A stretch of DNA of 64,000 bases from an uncultured Pseudomonadales bacterium. Its GTDB lineage: Bacteria > Patescibacteriota > Microgenomatia > UBA1400 > PJMF01. The position numbers were made by a program, and so were the translations under genes. Each line of letters starts with the position of its first letter. Position 1 is the first letter of the stretch. The notes beneath the pieces were generated by a model. The model ran no database searches. It was not told the origin of the DNA and worked only from the letters and a program-made list of their open reading frames with translations. Below are positions 10,079 through 19,311 of this stretch, piece by piece. Where the stretch lies: the NCBI GenBank assembly GCA_964457085.1, contig CAYWDM010000006.1, positions 4,302 through 68,301 of the forward strand, read 5' to 3'.

Positions 10079-11881
10079 CTAAAAGCTCCCCGTTAGTGGT
10101 AGTCGACTCAATAACTCCTGCAACAGCAAACTTTCTGACTGAGATCGGTAGAAATTGACTGTTTTCTCTAAAAAACTACGATAGCGATCATCACCCTGCG
10201 TCGAAATGCTGGCTGAACTGAACAACAAGTACCTAATTCGTATCCAAGCTTCAGCATCTTGAGTGCCAAGCGAGCCAAGATGTTCTTGCCACCACTCCGC
10301 TAACTCCACCCAATTCCAAGCTAAACCCTGTTGATTCAGCCATGTAATTCCATCCTCCCCAACTACAAATTGACGGTCAAATTCGAGTTCCAAACCACCA
10401 AATATATTTTTACGTACTGTGTCGTCTTTAAAGTATTCGTACCAAACAACCTGCGGTGGTTGACTTTGATCTCGAGACAACACTCTCAATTGATATTTTC
10501 CCTGATTTCTTGAGGGTATCCACCATACTTGCCAATTAGTTGCAGAGTCATCTTCAGACTCTCCCCGCTCAGGACCGTCAACAACTTGCCAATCAGTGGC
10601 AAGCACACCGCTCTCATTAATCAATTCTGGTGATCCTCCATTCTCTATTGCTAGCAGCCAACCAGTGACAACCGAAGACTGTGCAGTTACGGGCTCTATT
10701 AACCGCAGTGAGATTGGTATCCTATTCGCTGCCAAATGCTGCCCCAGCAAACTAATCTGATACCAAGGATCTTTTATTTGGATATCTTGGGCACCTCCAA
10801 GCAAACCATCAGCTACAAAAAAATGGTTAGAGAGAGCTGCAATCACCGGTCGCCCTACAACCAACTCACTTGCAATTTTTGTAATCACAGATGACTGACC
10901 GACAATTGGCCACCAACTACTAAATTTGAGTGAATTAAAACCAGGATATTTTTGTGCGACTAGTTGTCTAGTTAGTCGTGCTGCAGCTAACCAATTTACC
11001 CATCCATCAGCAATATACCCATCAGGTTGTGCAGCTAACCACTGATTTAAACTCCCCGGATCAATCTCAACAGCATCAGTAAATTGAGTAAACCCATGTT
11101 TACGCAAAATCATCACCAAAGAGGTGAGTGCACAACCCCATCTTTCAATCGTTGGTTGATTTGACCACGACATTGCGTGGTCATAGATATCATTGGCCCA
11201 CCGACTGTCAGTCTGCATCAGTGCTTCTACCTCTGTTGCAGAGTTGTCGACTTCAGGCAATAACTCTACCCTCACGTTATCAAACCAAACCTCTGTTGGA
11301 GCAATTGCACCAGTACCCACCTTGAGAGCGATTGATCCTTGCCGACCATCAGCGAACCAGTCCATCACATCGGCCACCAGCCAGCCATCAACCCACAATT
11401 TCATTTTCTGTTCTTGCACTTCAACCACCAGATGATGCCAAGTCAGAGGTGTCATAAAAAACTGATGTCCAGAAACAAAACCTGTTTGACCCTCACGCAA
11501 TCGATACAGCTCAACCATATTTCCAACAAAATGAGCTTCATACCAATTTCTGGGATCCTGATAATTCCAGCCAAGATTGCGATCGGCACCACTAACCGGC
11601 ATCATATCGACTGAAAAACGATAATCACCCCAACCCTCATACCAAAACTCAGGTCTGGGAATCAACTCACTGACACTACTAGAACTCACTATTTTCCCCA
11701 CCAGAATGCCATCGGACACTGTCCAACTTGAGCTATTAGTCTTAGTAATCTGCCATTTTTCAATCTCACCGCTACTGAAATCATCTGCAAATACCATCGT
11801 TGCCTCTACTAAACTAACCGGAAAACAGAGTGCAATAACACCCAAAAACAAAGTGAGTATGATCACAAAAAAACATTTCAT
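10079..11881 (-). CDS. secreted protein with a concanavalin/DUF1080-like beta-sandwich and a C39-like cysteine peptidase domain
   Basis: Signal peptide after MKCFF; FADDFS...VWFDNVRV beta domain; Q.D.RW...WGCALTSLVM...HFFV...IKDPW catalytic pattern. Confidence 0.7.
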   Translation of the reverse strand: MKCFFVIILTLFLGVIALCFPVSLVEATMVFADDFSSGEIEKWQITKTNSSSWTVSDGILVGKIVSSSSVSELIPRPEFWYEGWGDYRFSVDMMPVSGADRNLGWNYQDPRNWYEAHFVGNMVELYRLREGQTGFVSGHQFFMTPLTWHHLVVEVQEQKMKLWVDGWLVADVMDWFADGRQGSIALKVGTGAIAPTEVWFDNVRVELLPEVDNSATEVEALMQTDSRWANDIYDHAMSWSNQPTIERWGCALTSLVMILRKHGFTQFTDAVEIDPGSLNQWLAAQPDGYIADGWVNWLAAARLTRQLVAQKYPGFNSLKFSSWWPIVGQSSVITKIASELVVGRPVIAALSNHFFVADGLLGGAQDIQIKDPWYQISLLGQHLAANRIPISLRLIEPVTAQSSVVTGWLLAIENGGSPELINESGVLATDWQVVDGPERGESEDDSATNWQVWWIPSRNQGKYQLRVLSRDQSQPPQVVWYEYFKDDTVRKNIFGGLELEFDRQFVVGEDGITWLNQQGLAWNWVELAEWWQEHLGSLGTQDAEAWIRIRYLLFSSASISTQGDDRYRSFLEKTVNFYRSQSESLLLQELLSRLPLTGSF

Positions 11882-11931
11882 AAACACTATATAAACACCA
11901 ATTCCTAACAAGAAACTGATACAATGACTAC

Positions 11932-12678
11932 ATGGATAAAACCAGAGGTGATAGCAATTTTTACGATCAATACCATCAAAAAAATCAGCCATTTAGTGGA
12001 GTAATTGGAGAAAATAATTTCACGTATTATTATTGGTTGAAGATTCTGGCCAAACATCTCCCAACACTTTCAGAAATTACTGTCCTTGATGTTGGCTGTG
12101 GAGTAGGCTCACTCAGTTTATACTGTGCAAGCAAAGGAGCGTATGTCACTGGTATTGACATTTCCAAGCGAGCCATTGCGATCGCAACCAATGCTGCATC
12201 AGCAAGCACATTTGCACACACCCCAACTTTCTATAGTCAAATACTCACAGAATCACTAGGTACCTTTGATTTAATTATCTGTAGCGAAGTAATTGAACAT
12301 GTTCCAGATGAAAAAATATTTCTGAAACAGCTTTTAGCAAATCTAAAACCAAATGGACTATTAATTCTCTCAACTCCGAACTCAGAAAATTGGTTGCGTA
12401 GATCTGGAAACTTAGCCAAATTTGATGATTCTGTCGGTCATGTCAGGTTATTTAACCCCAACAGTCTCAAAGCACTAATAGCTGCATACAATACCACGCT
12501 CATTGATTTTCAACTTACCGAAGGACCAATGCGGATGGTGCTGTTTAGCTCAATGCTCGGCCACCTGATCAGACTAATCAAAGGTCCACTAGTACCACTT
12601 TTCCATATGTTTGATCATAGTTTAACAACAATCTTTGGTTGGCACGACCAATTTGTAGTACTCAAAAAAAATGGATAA
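11932..12678 (+). CDS. class I SAM-dependent methyltransferase
   Basis: VLDVGCGVG, FDLIICSEVIEHV, LKPNGLLILSTPN. Confidence 0.92.
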   Translation: MDKTRGDSNFYDQYHQKNQPFSGVIGENNFTYYYWLKILAKHLPTLSEITVLDVGCGVGSLSLYCASKGAYVTGIDISKRAIAIATNAASASTFAHTPTFYSQILTESLGTFDLIICSEVIEHVPDEKIFLKQLLANLKPNGLLILSTPNSENWLRRSGNLAKFDDSVGHVRLFNPNSLKALIAAYNTTLIDFQLTEGPMRMVLFSSMLGHLIRLIKGPLVPLFHMFDHSLTTIFGWHDQFVVLKKNG

Positions 12679-15600
12679 GCAGCTGCGTCTCTACAGATCA
12701 AAGTTAAGTAAAGGTCTAAAAAATAACTTTGGATTGGTGATCCTGTCGTTCTTTTTATGTATGGTGACGCTTGCAAACCTGCCCCAACCTAATCACTGGT
12801 TAGCAGGTTGGGACAACTTTAGTGTCAGCTTAGATCTACCTCTCAACTTTGCCCGAACCGTATTTGCCACATGGAGAGAATATCGTGGGTTTGGAGTTCC
12901 TAGTGATTCTGAAGTTGTGGACATCTTCCGCCAACTACCACTACTAATCTTAGGGCTACTGGTTCCAAGCTGGACACTCGAATGGATTTACTATTTTGGC
13001 ATGTATTGGCTTGGTGCCATCGGAGTTTTCTACCTCACCAAATCAGTGGTATCAAACTTGATCAAGCATACATTTGCCAACTTTGCACTACAGATGGCTG
13101 GACTCATTGGAGCCATCGCCTATGCTACGAATTTATACACCATAGATGTTTTCTACTTCCCAATCACACTCTATATTGTCAGACATGGATTTTTACCCTG
13201 GATTATCTGGTGTACGCATCAATTGCTGATCCAGGCACAACCGAGTCGCCGACTTTGGCTTTGGTTCACTATTTGTATACTTTTTGCCTCTCCAGGAGCA
13301 CTCACTGCCACCGTATTTTTTGTAACTGCGATGATTATTGGCTGCTTACTGATATTCCAAGGAACAGTAAAACGAAAGATGCAAGTGGGCCTGCTACTTA
13401 TTTCCCTACAACTATTCTGGTTACTACCATTTGGTAATTATTTTCTTCAAAAATCGAGTCAAATTACCCACGCAAATACCTTTGTACCAATCAACGAAAT
13501 GCTGCTCAACCAACCATTCGAACGATTTAGTCTTGACCGAATACTCACCTTTTCAGCAGACTTTACCTCTGGTGCACCATTTAAAGATGTAACACGCAAA
13601 CCAATCGTGGTACACCCTGGCTTGAGTTATGCACCTATCGGCGAGCAGCCACCGTTGGGGTACTGGTCACTTTGGGCACCAACCATAGTAGGTGTGCTCA
13701 TACTAGTATTCTGGCAACTCAAAAAAAGACAAGCAAACTATCTCTGGATTCCACTATTGATGGGAATTGGCGTTTTTCTACTTCGTAAAGAATATGGTTT
13801 CGCTGGCCAAGTATTTGATTGGTTAATTGACGCTGTGCCTATACTCAAAGTTATATTCCGATTCGGAGGTGCCAAACTAAATCCGCTGCTGATACTTGGA
13901 GCAAGCGTTCTCAGTGGTTTGGCAACAACAGGACTACTCATAGCTGCGAATAACTGTAAACAAAAAATACTAAAAGCCAGTCTTCAATTCGGTATTGTGA
14001 CCCTGTCACTTGCTGCCGTGGGCTGGATGGGCTGGTATCCACTGACCGGCTCACTGTATTTTCGAGTTATGAGTGTTGAATTCCCGACCGCCTACTTCCA
14101 AGCAGCCAAACAAATTAATGATGACTCCTCCTATGGCAGAGTATTACATCTCCCGTATGGACTACATAGTTACTGGCGTTCGCACACTTTTGGCTACTAT
14201 GGCTCAAGCTTTATGGCTTTTCTTCTGAAGAAACCACTCCAAGACAAAACCTTCAATCCTGGAAATCTCGACCACAACAGTTACGACACCTCTCTGATGC
14301 AGTTAATCTCAAACTCAAGCAAGCTGACCCCTGAGGCACTAAATAGCAGATCTGCAGAATTTGCTCAATTCCTGGCTCACACCAACACAACCTACATCCT
14401 TTGGGACCCAACTGTTGGCACTCAGATTCGCATTCAAGGGCTCATCACTTGGGAGCTCGTCCATACAGTTGACACCAATACTCTGATCCAATCATTGCTT
14501 GACTCTAATCGAGCAACCATTGTTGGAGAATATCCGCTACCTGGCTGGGCACAACCAACACTCGCAACCGAGTCATCAATCAAAATAGTCAAACTAAACA
14601 CAACCCAACCAGTTGTTACCAGTCAAACCACTGCAATAGTAATCGATCCAACCCAAACCAATCTACTGAGTCCTTCTTTTACTTCACTCAACACTACTTT
14701 ACTTCAAAGCAACCAGCTGCCAGCACGGTCTTACCCATGGTGGGGTCAAAACAATTCTCTTACCCACGATAGCCGTTTCTTGCAGCTCACCTACAATCAA
14801 TCTGACTTAACTGACAACATCTTGAGTCTAAAAGCTCCCGAAATTAAAACACACACCGGAAATGAATATGTAGGTGTCGACGTGCTCGCAGCGTATGTTG
14901 GTGAACAACTTGAAATTTACTTTCGACCCACACCATTACCATTCACCACCCAACTGAGCTCAACACCCACCCCAAGTTTCAGCATGCCAATCACCAAACA
15001 GGCATGGGAAAACACCACACTCAACACGAGTTTTAGTAACTACCTTAACAACTGGCATATACTTGGCAATCACCAAACAAATCAATATCGTTTAGCAATC
15101 AGTGATCAAGTGATTCCACTTCCCGCCAATCTAGCCAACCAACCCGAATATCTCACCTCTCTGTTATTACCAATTTCAGATTTGTCGCAATTGCCAATCA
15201 GCATCCTCATTGCAGACACGATTGCTGATGAACAACTACGACGTTTTTCAGGCAACTACTTTAGCCTCACCCCCGAAGTAAACTGTTGGAATGATACATT
15301 CACTGGCTTTAGTAGTACCTTTAAAACCTCACCAGACACCATTTCTGCAACCACAACTCATGGAACGCTGTGCTTTGGGGCCTCTATTGATCTAGAAGCA
15401 CCCACACAAGAAATCACCACCAGTAGTACTAAAACTTCAGATCAACGTCGTTACTTCGAACTTGAATTTTCACCAAAGTTTTTCAGTACTGCCGATACAG
15501 CGTCACACACTGAATTCCCACTGACTACACAGCAAGAATTACAATCACTCCACACATCACAACCGGTTATTTCCGAACTATTTGTCTGTCTAATGTCCAC

Positions 15601-16813
15601 ACCAACTGGTGACTGCCTTAACAAGCAGCGATTTCTTAAAGTTTCTGACTCTGACAAGGTACGAGTCACTTCACAGCGTCTGTTTTCTGAACCAAACCTG
15701 CACATCCTGATGACTCTACCAACATTCGGGTCTGAAACCCAACATGCTGAAATTTCTGAGATGGCATTAATCGGTTTTAGCCCTATAAAAAGTAGCTATG
15801 CGTCACTCAATCTTGAGGAATATCTCAATCCACCCTCTGCCACAATTTCTAATAACCAACTAGCCATCCCCTATTTCCTGTCGAGTAGTTCACTGTACAC
15901 AAACCCAAAAACACATGGCATTCAAGTTGAAAATCGAGGACTCTGTCAACTAAACCAAACAGACAGACGTAAAAATGGCATTCAACATATCTCAACCGCT
16001 GACACTGGCAAATTACAAATATATCTTGATAACTGTGCTACAAATGTGAGCTATTATTTACCGTATTTTCCAACCAATGCCTATTGGTGGTCAATTGACT
16101 ACAAACGAATTGCTGGCGGCCAACCACAATTTCTTGCCAACACCAACTTGCTCATTGCCGATGAACTGCTTGGTCTCAACCAAGGCTATCCATTTTCAGC
16201 CACAGCTCCCGCAACCGCGTCGATAACGATACCACCCCAAGGCAAATTTAAAACTAATCCATTTGAAATCTTCAGCATCACCCAATACACCGCAAACCAG
16301 TCAGCCTTTGAGCTGGATACTATCACCATTTTCCCCATTCCATTTAACTGGCAAAATAGCTACGTCGAGTCTGCCAACACCGCACTCGATTTTGCACCGC
16401 TCGCCATCACTGAGCTAAAACAACTACTCCCTTCACTTTGGTCAGTAAGACTCACTAAGCCAATCAACGAGAACCCATCCAACCAAGATTTTCTACTCAC
16501 ATTTAATCAAGGATACGATAGCCAATGGGTATTACTTCGCGGCGTACAAAAAGTCCCAGCTCACCACCTCAAAGTTAATGGTTGGGCCAACGGTTGGATT
16601 ATTACCACAGACATGATCCCAGCCGATGACACTTACTACCTCCTGTACCTACCAGAATTGCTCAGCCTGGCAGGCTGGATAGCAACTCTAATAGCAATCA
16701 CTAGCGTGATGTTTATTAATTTAAAACGGGTTGTCACTTCGCCAAACCTCACTCCACGAAAAGAGCGGCTCACCAAAATGGTAATCGCCGCTCTTCAAAA
16801 ATCTAATAAATAG
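12671..16813 (+). CDS. very large polytopic membrane protein, probable GT-C glycosyltransferase (AftD/DUF3367- or YfhO-like)
   Basis: About 12 N-terminal TM helices with GWD motif, FWLLP, P.AY....GRVL.LP; long extracytoplasmic domain; C-terminal FNQGYDSQW...H.KVNGWANGW followed by a TM helix. Confidence 0.7.
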   Translation: MDKQLRLYRSKLSKGLKNNFGLVILSFFLCMVTLANLPQPNHWLAGWDNFSVSLDLPLNFARTVFATWREYRGFGVPSDSEVVDIFRQLPLLILGLLVPSWTLEWIYYFGMYWLGAIGVFYLTKSVVSNLIKHTFANFALQMAGLIGAIAYATNLYTIDVFYFPITLYIVRHGFLPWIIWCTHQLLIQAQPSRRLWLWFTICILFASPGALTATVFFVTAMIIGCLLIFQGTVKRKMQVGLLLISLQLFWLLPFGNYFLQKSSQITHANTFVPINEMLLNQPFERFSLDRILTFSADFTSGAPFKDVTRKPIVVHPGLSYAPIGEQPPLGYWSLWAPTIVGVLILVFWQLKKRQANYLWIPLLMGIGVFLLRKEYGFAGQVFDWLIDAVPILKVIFRFGGAKLNPLLILGASVLSGLATTGLLIAANNCKQKILKASLQFGIVTLSLAAVGWMGWYPLTGSLYFRVMSVEFPTAYFQAAKQINDDSSYGRVLHLPYGLHSYWRSHTFGYYGSSFMAFLLKKPLQDKTFNPGNLDHNSYDTSLMQLISNSSKLTPEALNSRSAEFAQFLAHTNTTYILWDPTVGTQIRIQGLITWELVHTVDTNTLIQSLLDSNRATIVGEYPLPGWAQPTLATESSIKIVKLNTTQPVVTSQTTAIVIDPTQTNLLSPSFTSLNTTLLQSNQLPARSYPWWGQNNSLTHDSRFLQLTYNQSDLTDNILSLKAPEIKTHTGNEYVGVDVLAAYVGEQLEIYFRPTPLPFTTQLSSTPTPSFSMPITKQAWENTTLNTSFSNYLNNWHILGNHQTNQYRLAISDQVIPLPANLANQPEYLTSLLLPISDLSQLPISILIADTIADEQLRRFSGNYFSLTPEVNCWNDTFTGFSSTFKTSPDTISATTTHGTLCFGASIDLEAPTQEITTSSTKTSDQRRYFELEFSPKFFSTADTASHTEFPLTTQQELQSLHTSQPVISELFVCLMSTPTGDCLNKQRFLKVSDSDKVRVTSQRLFSEPNLHILMTLPTFGSETQHAEISEMALIGFSPIKSSYASLNLEEYLNPPSATISNNQLAIPYFLSSSSLYTNPKTHGIQVENRGLCQLNQTDRRKNGIQHISTADTGKLQIYLDNCATNVSYYLPYFPTNAYWWSIDYKRIAGGQPQFLANTNLLIADELLGLNQGYPFSATAPATASITIPPQGKFKTNPFEIFSITQYTANQSAFELDTITIFPIPFNWQNSYVESANTALDFAPLAITELKQLLPSLWSVRLTKPINENPSNQDFLLTFNQGYDSQWVLLRGVQKVPAHHLKVNGWANGWIITTDMIPADDTYYLLYLPELLSLAGWIATLIAITSVMFINLKRVVTSPNLTPRKERLTKMVIAALQKSNK

Positions 16814-16817
16814 CTTG

Positions 16818-17717
16818 TTATGCCTTGCTCAAACTAGGTGTAGCCAAAAATAAGTTCTTTTGGCTTAACCAAGCGGCCTGTAGCTTACGCATATACCGGT
16901 AAATAGTCCAATTCAAGGTTGGTGAGGAAAAGTATCCTGCCAACAATTCTGCTACCCAGAATGCAATTTCATGTAGTTTTGGAGAGCGAATTGTCTCGGC
17001 TGCCCACCAGTGCACAGCCCAAGTTTTCATCATTTGACGTCTGTGACTGCGAATTGAACCACAATCGTTGTGCCATCTAACTCTAGTCAAGACATCAGGT
17101 AAATTAGCTAACTTGCCAACCATACCTAGTTGATACCACATGTGCACATCATCAGCTGGCCAGAAAAATTGATTATATCCATCTGTCTTCTTCCAGGCAC
17201 TAATGCGATACATCACGGTCGGATCTGAGTATGGGCTGAACATGAACCACTGAGCCCGAATTTGTTCATCAGTTTGTGGGAAACGAATCTTATCAAAATC
17301 AGGGTTTTCGTTAGTAAACATGTCTATCTGACCGCCAACTACAACATGGTCTGTATTGGCTTGTAAAAATGCCACCTGTTTTGAGATACGATCAGGAGTC
17401 ATGATGTCGTCTTGGTTAATACGAGCAATGAATTCACCTTTTGCACGTCTAATTCCATAGTTTAAACATCGAGTCATGCCTTTGTTTTTTACAAAACCGT
17501 ACGAGTGTACGTTCTTGTATTTTCTGGCATAGCGGAGACATTTCTCTTTACTTTTATCAGTACTGCCATCATCAACTAAAATGATCTCGATATTTGGATA
17601 GGTACTCTTCAAAACTGATTGAATAGCTTCATCCAAGTACTGAGTACCGTTGTAAACTGGTATCAAGACTGATACCAATGGAGTGACGCTTTTTGTGTGG
17701 TTTGTTTTCATAAGCAT
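16818..17717 (-). CDS. glycosyltransferase family 2
   Basis: VSVLIPVYN, EIILVDDGSTD, ARINQDD. Confidence 0.92.
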   Translation of the reverse strand: MLMKTNHTKSVTPLVSVLIPVYNGTQYLDEAIQSVLKSTYPNIEIILVDDGSTDKSKEKCLRYARKYKNVHSYGFVKNKGMTRCLNYGIRRAKGEFIARINQDDIMTPDRISKQVAFLQANTDHVVVGGQIDMFTNENPDFDKIRFPQTDEQIRAQWFMFSPYSDPTVMYRISAWKKTDGYNQFFWPADDVHMWYQLGMVGKLANLPDVLTRVRWHNDCGSIRSHRRQMMKTWAVHWWAAETIRSPKLHEIAFWVAELLAGYFSSPTLNWTIYRYMRKLQAAWLSQKNLFLATPSLSKA

Positions 17718-17884
17718 TTGTAGTTACGACTTGTCGTAGCTACTTTTTTTGACTTAACTTGGCAACCAATTCATATATTTTTTAAGTATTAATCTGTTGC
17801 CAAAACTCCAGCTTTCGCTGGAGTCATCAAGTCACTCAAAGCTCAAATTTTGCTGATCATCTCAGTCTATTTTTAAGCTTTCAG

Positions 17885-17923
17885 TGTCTTGCCCGACCCC
17901 CTGTGAGGAGGGTCGGGCAGACA
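17885..17923 (-). terminator. strong GC-rich hairpin just 3' of the 17936 orphan gene (no U-tract)
   Basis: tgtct-tgcccgaccc...gggtcgggca-gaca inverted repeat 12 nt after the stop codon. Confidence 0.5.
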
Positions 17924-17935
17924 TACGTGCAGGAA

Positions 17936-18772
17936 TTACTTGATGAGAGTCACGGGTTCAAACGTGTAGTCGGTGTCGTTTGGAACGAACACCAAACCGG
18001 TAGTGAGGTGAATGGTCTTGAGGTTTTTACCCTCAGCCAGGAACATTCCCCAGCGTCCCATGGTCGATCCGTCGTAAAACGGCTCAACAGAGATACTGGA
18101 GTTGTCCACTCTGCTATCATTCAACTCCGCCATGATAAACGCTCCGCCATCCTTGATGGTCAGGTCGAGTCCCTTGCAGGACTCGAGATTGGCGTTGTAC
18201 CAGGTTCCACCCTCGGTGACGACTTTGCATTGCCCGGCGCCGTTACGTTCAACGGCAAAAATCCAGACAACAACATTGTCGGTGACCTCATACAGCGAGG
18301 TCTGCTTGCCCATGCCCTTGCGGGCTTTGCTGTACTGATTGATATAATCTCTCAGCCAGTCGAAGGCGTCGCCTTGCATCTTCAGCGTCGGCACAGTTGG
18401 GGCATCCGTAACGAACGGGCCAGCTCCGGGAACCGGAGTGGCTTTGGTGCGTTCGTATTTCAGCATTTCGAAAACCTGCGGTGAAACACCGAGGTCGTTC
18501 GGAGTAGCTGTGGGATTACCGACTTGTGGCTGAGGTTGGCTGGTCGGCAGTTTTGGCATCGAGATGCCATTACTTTTGACAAACCACACGGCGAGAGCAA
18601 TGAATGCCACACAGGCGAAAATTCCGAGACCGATCCAAAGAGGGGTCCAGTTCCGGCGCTTTTTGGGGGCACGGAAAGTGGGTTCTTCAGAAGCGGGTTC
18701 AGATTCGAAAGCGGCGGGCACGTCAACATCGGGGAGTACTTCAGGTTCAGGGGTAGAGCTCGAGGTAGGCAT
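17936..18772 (-). CDS. hypothetical single-pass membrane protein, GC-rich relative to flanks
   Basis: AGGAG SD at 18781-18785; acidic Pro-rich N-terminus, KKRR, a TM helix, a Pro/Thr linker and a beta-rich domain. Confidence 0.8.
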   Translation of the reverse strand: MPTSSSTPEPEVLPDVDVPAAFESEPASEEPTFRAPKKRRNWTPLWIGLGIFACVAFIALAVWFVKSNGISMPKLPTSQPQPQVGNPTATPNDLGVSPQVFEMLKYERTKATPVPGAGPFVTDAPTVPTLKMQGDAFDWLRDYINQYSKARKGMGKQTSLYEVTDNVVVWIFAVERNGAGQCKVVTEGGTWYNANLESCKGLDLTIKDGGAFIMAELNDSRVDNSSISVEPFYDGSTMGRWGMFLAEGKNLKTIHLTTGLVFVPNDTDYTFEPVTLIK

Positions 18773-18789
18773 AATATTTTCTCCTTCTG

Positions 18790-19208
18790 GGAAAGTTGAT
18801 TATTTACCATGAGCCCTACCAGAGCTCACGGTAAATTGTTTGGATTAGGCCGTGAGCACTCCTACGGCCAACAGTGGGTTTTAGGCCATTGCTGGCCGAA
18901 AAACCTTGCCCTAGCGGGCAGAGGGGAGGCTCACGCTTACCACCAAAAAATGATGATAACGGTGAGCCTCCAATCAAACTGTTGGACGATTCTTCAGTAA
19001 TTCAATTACGTATGTCTTTTAAAGTGCATCCCTTACGGGATACGTGCTGTCGAAAACGGTCGCACAGTAAATCGCATATAGTGATTTGCGTGCAACTTGT
19101 CATCTCCAGCTTGATCAAAACCCTGCCCTGATTTCGATCAAGCTATAGATGAATGAGTGAAAAAGTTTCGTGCTTATTAGGCTTCACTCGATGTATTTAT
19201 TTGTTAAC
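18790..19208 (-). ncRNA. putative highly structured leader RNA / ncRNA of unknown family
   Basis: At least 8 hairpins, several needing G-U pairs available only on the minus strand; GNRA loops (GUAA, GCAA); long-range ccaacagt/actgttgg helix. Confidence 0.6.
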
Positions 19209-19214
19209 AGTATC

Positions 19215-19243
19215 AATGTAGCACAAAACAGTACTGATGTCAA
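19215..19243 (-). promoter_or_regulatory. sigma70 promoter for the structured leader and orphan gene
   Basis: TTGACA (19243-19238), N17, TACATT (19220-19215). Confidence 0.75.
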
Positions 19244-19311
19244 CACTATAGGACTCTATACCTGGTTGAAATACAGATTTTGGTGAAAAATAAAGAATAA
19301 CTGAGGAGAAT

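Noticed and set aside
17903-18812. Plus-strand ORFs such as 17903-18484 (193 aa)
   Set aside because: Antisense to the 278-aa gene that has the SD, promoter and TM; long shadow ORFs are expected at higher GC.
18790-19208. RNase P RNA, tmRNA, SRP RNA or self-splicing intron identity for the structured leader
   Set aside because: I found no GAGGAAAGUCC, tRNA-like ends with tag peptide, SRP loop, or group I/II core motifs by eye; an Rfam search is still needed.
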